Positions 59,576 through 64,000 of a stretch of DNA of 64,000 nucleotides are shown piece by piece. The first letter of the stretch is position 1; each line of letters opens with the position of its first letter. Location of the stretch: assembly GCA_963699155.1 (NCBI GenBank), contig OY969414.1, positions 555,757-619,756 on the forward strand. The letters are read 5' to 3'. The stretch comes from an uncultured Chlamydiales bacterium (GTDB lineage: Bacteria; Chlamydiota; Chlamydiia; Chlamydiales; JAAKFR01). A program made the position numbers and the translations under genes. The notes under the pieces are model-generated. The model did not search any database and had not been told where the DNA came from. It saw only the letters and a list, made by a program, of their open reading frames with translations.

Positions 59576-60631
59576 ATGGAAAATCAAGAGTCGACTCTAA
59601 ACGACACCCAGGGAAATCCGGGCTTATTGACTTCTCCTATAGAAAAGCACTATGTCGCCTTAGCTTATTACTTTTTTACTTCACTCAAAGAGCCCCATGA
59701 TGAAGTGGAAAAGCATAAAACTTTTTTTGAGGGAAGGGATTGTGCCGGCCGCATCTACATTTCTGAGGAGGGTATCAATGGGCAGATGAGTGGCGCCCTC
59801 GCCGACGCCGAAGCCTATATGGCTTGGCTGAAATCTGACTCCCGCTTTGCGGCCATCCGCTTTAAGGTTCACCCCACACAAGAGCAGGTCTTTCCTCGCG
59901 TAACCGTCAAATACCGAAAGCAGCTGGTGGCGCTGGGTGAAAAGGTCGATCCACAAGAGGGTGGGGAGCATGTTTCACCGGCACGCTGGAAAGAGATGCT
60001 GGAAAGCGGGGACTATCTCCTGCTCGATGTCCGCAACCAGTATGAGTGGGAGATTGGCCATTTTGAAGGGGCTCTTCTGCCACCTTTAGAAAGTTTTCGA
60101 GAGTTCCCTCACTATGCCGACCAGCTAAGCCAAGAGGTCGACCCTCAAACCACCAAAGTGATGATGTACTGCACGGGAGGGATTCGCTGTGAACTCTACT
60201 CTGTTTTGTTGAAAAAGCGGGGATTCAATGAGGTTTATCAACTCGATGGGGGTGTGATCGAGTATGGACTCCAAGAGGGCAGCGCTCACTGGAAAGGAAA
60301 GCTCTTTGTCTTTGATGATAGGTTGGCCGTCTCGATCGATGGGAAAGAGGCTTCTCCTATCGCCCACTGTCGCCATTGTAGGCTCGCATGCGATACCTAC
60401 TATAACTGTGCCAACATGGATTGCAATGAGCTATTTATCTGCTGTCCTTCATGCCTAGAGGCCTATAAGGGATCTTGTTGCCACGACTGTCTATCACAAC
60501 CGCGTCTGCGCCCCATCGACGCCCGTGCTGGCAATAAACCCTTCAGGAGGAAGCATGAAATCGCATGTTCTTTACAAGGGCGAGGAGCCTCTCCTGAGTC
60601 TCTGGAGTCGTCACCGTCAGACCTGGCTTGA
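59576..60631 (+). CDS. trhO: Rhodanese-domain tRNA uridine(34) hydroxylase (TrhO/YceA)
   Basis: GRIYISEEGING, DVRNQYE..IGHF, YCTGGIRCE, QLDGG, FVFDDR, Cys-rich tail. Confidence 0.92.
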   Translation: MENQESTLNDTQGNPGLLTSPIEKHYVALAYYFFTSLKEPHDEVEKHKTFFEGRDCAGRIYISEEGINGQMSGALADAEAYMAWLKSDSRFAAIRFKVHPTQEQVFPRVTVKYRKQLVALGEKVDPQEGGEHVSPARWKEMLESGDYLLLDVRNQYEWEIGHFEGALLPPLESFREFPHYADQLSQEVDPQTTKVMMYCTGGIRCELYSVLLKKRGFNEVYQLDGGVIEYGLQEGSAHWKGKLFVFDDRLAVSIDGKEASPIAHCRHCRLACDTYYNCANMDCNELFICCPSCLEAYKGSCCHDCLSQPRLRPIDARAGNKPFRRKHEIACSLQGRGASPESLESSPSDLA

Positions 60632-61355
60632 TCCCCTCTTCCGAGAGCTCAAAGGCGCGCATCGTGTTACAGATCCGCCCGTCGAGGCGAATGCCGATGC
60701 CGCGGATGGCCGCCATATTGCCCCAATCGCCAAACATTTCCAGCGTCATCTCGCACGCCGTAATCAGGAAGAGTACCTGTTTGTCGGGGTGTGCATGGAC
60801 CAATTGAAAGATCTGATCCCCGATATAGTGTACGGTTGGGATAATGAGGGGGAGTGTTCCCTTGGGCAGAGCCTGTAAGACCTTGCCGATATCACATTGC
60901 CTGCAGACAGGATGGTCAGGATTGTTGAGACACTGATCATTAAAACGCCCTGATGGGCATTCATGCGGCTTTTGGCAGTAGGAAAAGCCGACGACTAGGA
61001 GGCTCTCCTTTTTTTGCACCTCTCTTTCGAACTGCTCGAGGGAGTCAAGTCCATAGAAAAAGAAGTCGCGCTCTCTGAGATAGGATTTCTTACGGAAAAG
61101 GGAGCTTAAGTAGCGCCAGCCATAACGTAAAGGGTATCGGAGCACATGCTTGCGGATCTTGCCTCCCGCATCATGGCTCACCATATATTTGAGGCTTTTC
61201 CATTTGAGATGGTGGGCCGTCTCTTCGGTGATGCCTGGCATTTGAGGAAGCACCCTGAGTTTCTTCACAGGATTCTCTTGGGCCGCACTCGCAGCCCCTG
61301 CTTCCCAAGCCTCTTCAGCCTCTTCCCAGGTTTTGTAATGGTCCCAGAAGTTCAT
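60543..61355 (-). CDS. Cys-motif protein, DUF116-like
   Basis: SYCQKP..CP...C...CRQCDIG, ITACE, GIGIRL...C. Confidence 0.55.
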   Translation of the reverse strand: MNFWDHYKTWEEAEEAWEAGAASAAQENPVKKLRVLPQMPGITEETAHHLKWKSLKYMVSHDAGGKIRKHVLRYPLRYGWRYLSSLFRKKSYLRERDFFFYGLDSLEQFEREVQKKESLLVVGFSYCQKPHECPSGRFNDQCLNNPDHPVCRQCDIGKVLQALPKGTLPLIIPTVHYIGDQIFQLVHAHPDKQVLFLITACEMTLEMFGDWGNMAAIRGIGIRLDGRICNTMRAFELSEEGIKPGLTVTTPETQERLLALVKNMRFHASS

Positions 61356-61379
61356 GGGAGGAAGCTTATCAGAAAAGGA

Positions 61380-61565
61380 CTATTCTTCGGAGCCCTCTTC
61401 CTCGATCACCTCTTGAGCCGCACTCTTAATGGTTTCCAGCCCCTCTGGGAAGCCGATCAACCGCAAAAGCTGGTCGACATAGTGGATTTCACTCGATAAC
61501 TGGTCGTTCACAAATTCTAGATAGGCAATTTTTTTTTCTAGCGCGTTTGTAGGTTGCATCGTCAC
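61380..61565 (-). CDS. Small conserved chlamydial hypothetical protein
   Basis: LEFVNDQL..E..YVD.LLR.IGFPEGL; GGAGG RBS. Confidence 0.7.
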   Translation of the reverse strand: MTMQPTNALEKKIAYLEFVNDQLSSEIHYVDQLLRLIGFPEGLETIKSAAQEVIEEEGSEE

Positions 61566-61586
61566 CTCCTCGTTGGACAGTGAACT

Positions 61587-63125
61587 TTACGCAACTTCTG
61601 TGCCAAATTTGAGGCTTAGGTCGTGAACATAGGCCGTATAGCTTGCGAAATAGCCTGCCCAGGTCGCCGCTTCATGTTTGAATTGAGGAGCCTCGGTAAT
61701 AGCCTCTCCAAATATTCTCTTAGTCTTTTCATAGATAGGGCTACCCGTTCTACAAGTGGCGTCATAGAGAGGATTAGATAGCTCGGGTAAAAGGAGTTGA
61801 ATGATTTCAATGATCCGATCTTTGTATTTTTGACTGATGGGGGTCTTCTTTTGCTCCTCTCGAACAAAGTCAAACACTTTACTCCTTGCGAGCCAGCTCG
61901 TCGCAGCATAGATGAGCATCCAATATTTCGTAAAAACCCCAGTGGGTTGATGCCCCTTTAAGATCAGGGAGAGTTTTTCCGGTAAGAGCTGAGAAAAGAG
62001 GCGGAATTTAAAATATCCCAAAAATTCGGGAATCAGATGGCTAGACCAATTTTCCACCTCTTCATCCGTAACCTTAATCTTTTGTAAAAAGAGTCTGAAG
62101 AGAGCAAAGCGGGCTTTTTGGTATATTTTTTCTAATTCTGCAACTTTTTCGAGATCTTTTTTCTCCTCGGCAAGAGAGGCGTGATAGGCCTTACAAGCGT
62201 TTTCTGCTGTTCCGAGAAGGGATTTAAAATCAGAATGGTCACTGTGGCTATTTTTGGAAAGCTGATCAACCAGAGTTTTCATATGGTCAAAGCCTTGGAC
62301 ACATCCAGCAGAAGGGCTTTGGATCAACATCCTGGGCAAGGCCTTAAGGAACAATTCAGGTGTCAAGGTCCAGCGATCTTTTAATTGTTCTGGGTCAAAA
62401 ATCTGATCAAACGCATAAAAGATGCTGAGTCGAACGAGCTCTCTCTTATCATTGAGAATCTCGTCGATCAAAGCTCTTATCTTTGTAACGGCCTCAGAAA
62501 TGACTTTGAGATCTTTTTTCTCGCCGTAGTAAGTTTTAAAGAATGCAAGGAATAGCCTCTGAGCAGCATTCATCAGCGGAGGGGTCAGCTCTTTAAGCTG
62601 TGCGACATCGATTTTTTCTACAGCCACTGCCTCTGGCTCAGGGAGAAGAAGAGCAAACCCTTCTTCAACGGAAGCTTCTTCTTCTACGGAAGGTTCATCT
62701 TCTGAGCTGATGATGACTTCACCATTTGCAGAAAGGATGATGACTTCAGCCTCTACAGAAGGCTCATTCTCTTCACTGCTACTGATGATGACATCACTGA
62801 TGATTTCTGGAGAAGGGGCTGCCATCTTAGGCTCTGTCAGTAAGCTCGCCACTTTTGGTTCTGGACAACTTTTTGCGCGCGCAATGAAGCGGATCACTGT
62901 GCTGATCGCAAAGAGAACCAGAGCGCCCCCTGCAACCGCTCCAAGAGTGCCTAGCAGCGGATAGTTGGCAGCAATGAATAGACCGTCCGGATAGTTGACT
63001 CCATAGAGCACGGCAAAAGCGACCATACAGACAGCTACCAAGGTGGCTGATCCAGCCATCCCCACACGAGCCCCCTCATCATAGGCGGGCCAATTAGATT
63101 GATTACTTACTTTAGAAAGAGACAT
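61587..63125 (-). CDS. Inc-like protein with an acidic low-complexity repeat linker
   Basis: N-terminal bilobed hydrophobic domain; VIISS/EPSVE repeats; helical C-terminal domain. Confidence 0.6.
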   Translation of the reverse strand: MSLSKVSNQSNWPAYDEGARVGMAGSATLVAVCMVAFAVLYGVNYPDGLFIAANYPLLGTLGAVAGGALVLFAISTVIRFIARAKSCPEPKVASLLTEPKMAAPSPEIISDVIISSSEENEPSVEAEVIILSANGEVIISSEDEPSVEEEASVEEGFALLLPEPEAVAVEKIDVAQLKELTPPLMNAAQRLFLAFFKTYYGEKKDLKVISEAVTKIRALIDEILNDKRELVRLSIFYAFDQIFDPEQLKDRWTLTPELFLKALPRMLIQSPSAGCVQGFDHMKTLVDQLSKNSHSDHSDFKSLLGTAENACKAYHASLAEEKKDLEKVAELEKIYQKARFALFRLFLQKIKVTDEEVENWSSHLIPEFLGYFKFRLFSQLLPEKLSLILKGHQPTGVFTKYWMLIYAATSWLARSKVFDFVREEQKKTPISQKYKDRIIEIIQLLLPELSNPLYDATCRTGSPIYEKTKRIFGEAITEAPQFKHEAATWAGYFASYTAYVHDLSLKFGTEVA

Positions 63126-63181
63126 ATTCCCCTTTATTACCCATAAAGGATTATAATATAAAATTATTAAGCTTATATTAA

Positions 63182-63646
63182 TTATTTATTTTCGAAAGCG
63201 AGGAGTTCTTTTTTATAGGTGAGTCCGCAGGAAAAGCCTCCCATACCACCCAGGGAGATGACTCTATGACAGGGGACAAAGAAGACGAAGGGGTTTCTTC
63301 CACAGGCGCCGCCGATGGCACGGGCTCCTTTGGGAATGCCCATGAGATGAGCAATGTCCGAGTAGGAGCAGGTTTCGCCCGGGGCTAGCTGGGATACTCG
63401 TTGCAATACTGAGCGGGTGAATGGGGTCGTTTTTTTCCAATCGAGGGGCGGCAGCTGTGTGGGTTTGCCTTCAAGGTAGTTCTGGATGAAGTGGATGATC
63501 TGCTTCTTTAGCGCTTGATTGGGAGCGCCAAGAATTTCGCAGGCAAGCCCTTCAGGATGGGGTTTCAGCTCGACTGATTCCATCCGATCATTCGCTATGA
63601 CCGAAAGAAGGATGGGAAGGCGCTTTTCAAGAAAGAGTTGCTTCAT
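63182..63646 (-). CDS. ogt: Methylated-DNA--protein-cysteine methyltransferase
   Basis: GET.SY..IA, ARAIGGACGRNP, VPCHRV. Confidence 0.92.
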   Translation of the reverse strand: MKQLFLEKRLPILLSVIANDRMESVELKPHPEGLACEILGAPNQALKKQIIHFIQNYLEGKPTQLPPLDWKKTTPFTRSVLQRVSQLAPGETCSYSDIAHLMGIPKGARAIGGACGRNPFVFFVPCHRVISLGGMGGFSCGLTYKKELLAFENK

Positions 63647-63693
63647 GATAGCGACAAGAATAGAGTATGAGGGAATCATTGGCAACGAAATCG

Positions 63694-64000
63694 ATGCACC
63701 ATTACTACAAAGAGTATCGTTGGCAAAAGGGAAAGCCTTTAGGGATCACTCAGACAGAAAATTTGAGTGGCACCACCTACCGCATCGTTGCCGATCCCTA
63801 TCAGAAGTGGATCACACTCGAGGCCTATCTAGAAGGTCACTTTCAACGGCTCATTTATGACTCCCGCTTCTTGGATTTCCGCAAATTGACACCGACCGAT
63901 CAGGCAGCCTGGCGCAAAGAGAAGATCAGTGAAGAAGAGGCGTGGATCTTTAATGAGGATGATCGTCTCATTTTACATGAGCGCTGTTCAGATAAAGAGA
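63694..64000 (+). CDS. Hypothetical protein, partial (runs off the right edge; absent from the ORF track)
   Basis: Open from ATG 63694: MHHYYKEYRWQKGKPLG...YRIVADPYQKW...IYDSRFLDFRKL...QAAWRKE. Confidence 0.65.
   Translation, partial: MHHYYKEYRWQKGKPLGITQTENLSGTTYRIVADPYQKWITLEAYLEGHFQRLIYDSRFLDFRKLTPTDQAAWRKEKISEEEAWIFNEDDRLILHERCSDKE

Noticed and set aside
60543..61355. Cys-rich protein as the missing radical-SAM maturase
   Set aside because: No CxxxCxxC motif, too short for a radical-SAM barrel plus SPASM domain, and 50 kb from the precursor.
63519..63860. 113-aa plus-strand ORF
   Set aside because: Overlaps ogt antisense; the credible gene is in another frame starting at 63694.

Overview
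This is a 64-kb chromosomal segment of an environmental Chlamydiota bacterium. The assignment is inferred from chlamydial gene order: zntA..serS/ribD..ribBA-ribH, ruvC-ruvA-ndk, lptB-kdsA-khpA-rluD-parC-parE-hemA, and nfo-murJ-rpsD-trhO. Small accessory inserts interrupt the housekeeping backbone. The most notable feature is an NHLP (nitrile-hydratase-like leader) peptide precursor with a 38-aa Trp-rich, Cys-free core. It lies near a three-gene NHLP-type export cassette whose C39 peptidase has lost its catalytic Cys and His and whose membrane-fusion protein lacks the alpha-hairpin, and no tailoring enzyme is present in the window. The exporter, a five-copy recombining F-box effector array and an AAA ATPase form a ~13-kb block that splits ribD from ribBA-ribH. 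Also present: a 160-bp MITE that replaced the msrAB C-terminus, a cluster of palindromic repeats, a Cys-rich protein paired with a Mip/FKBP protein, several Inc-like membrane proteins, one tRNA-Arg(TCT), and two to three single-base frameshifts that may be assembly errors. No CRISPR array, rRNA, transposase or integrase was seen. All calls come from motif recognition without database searches.
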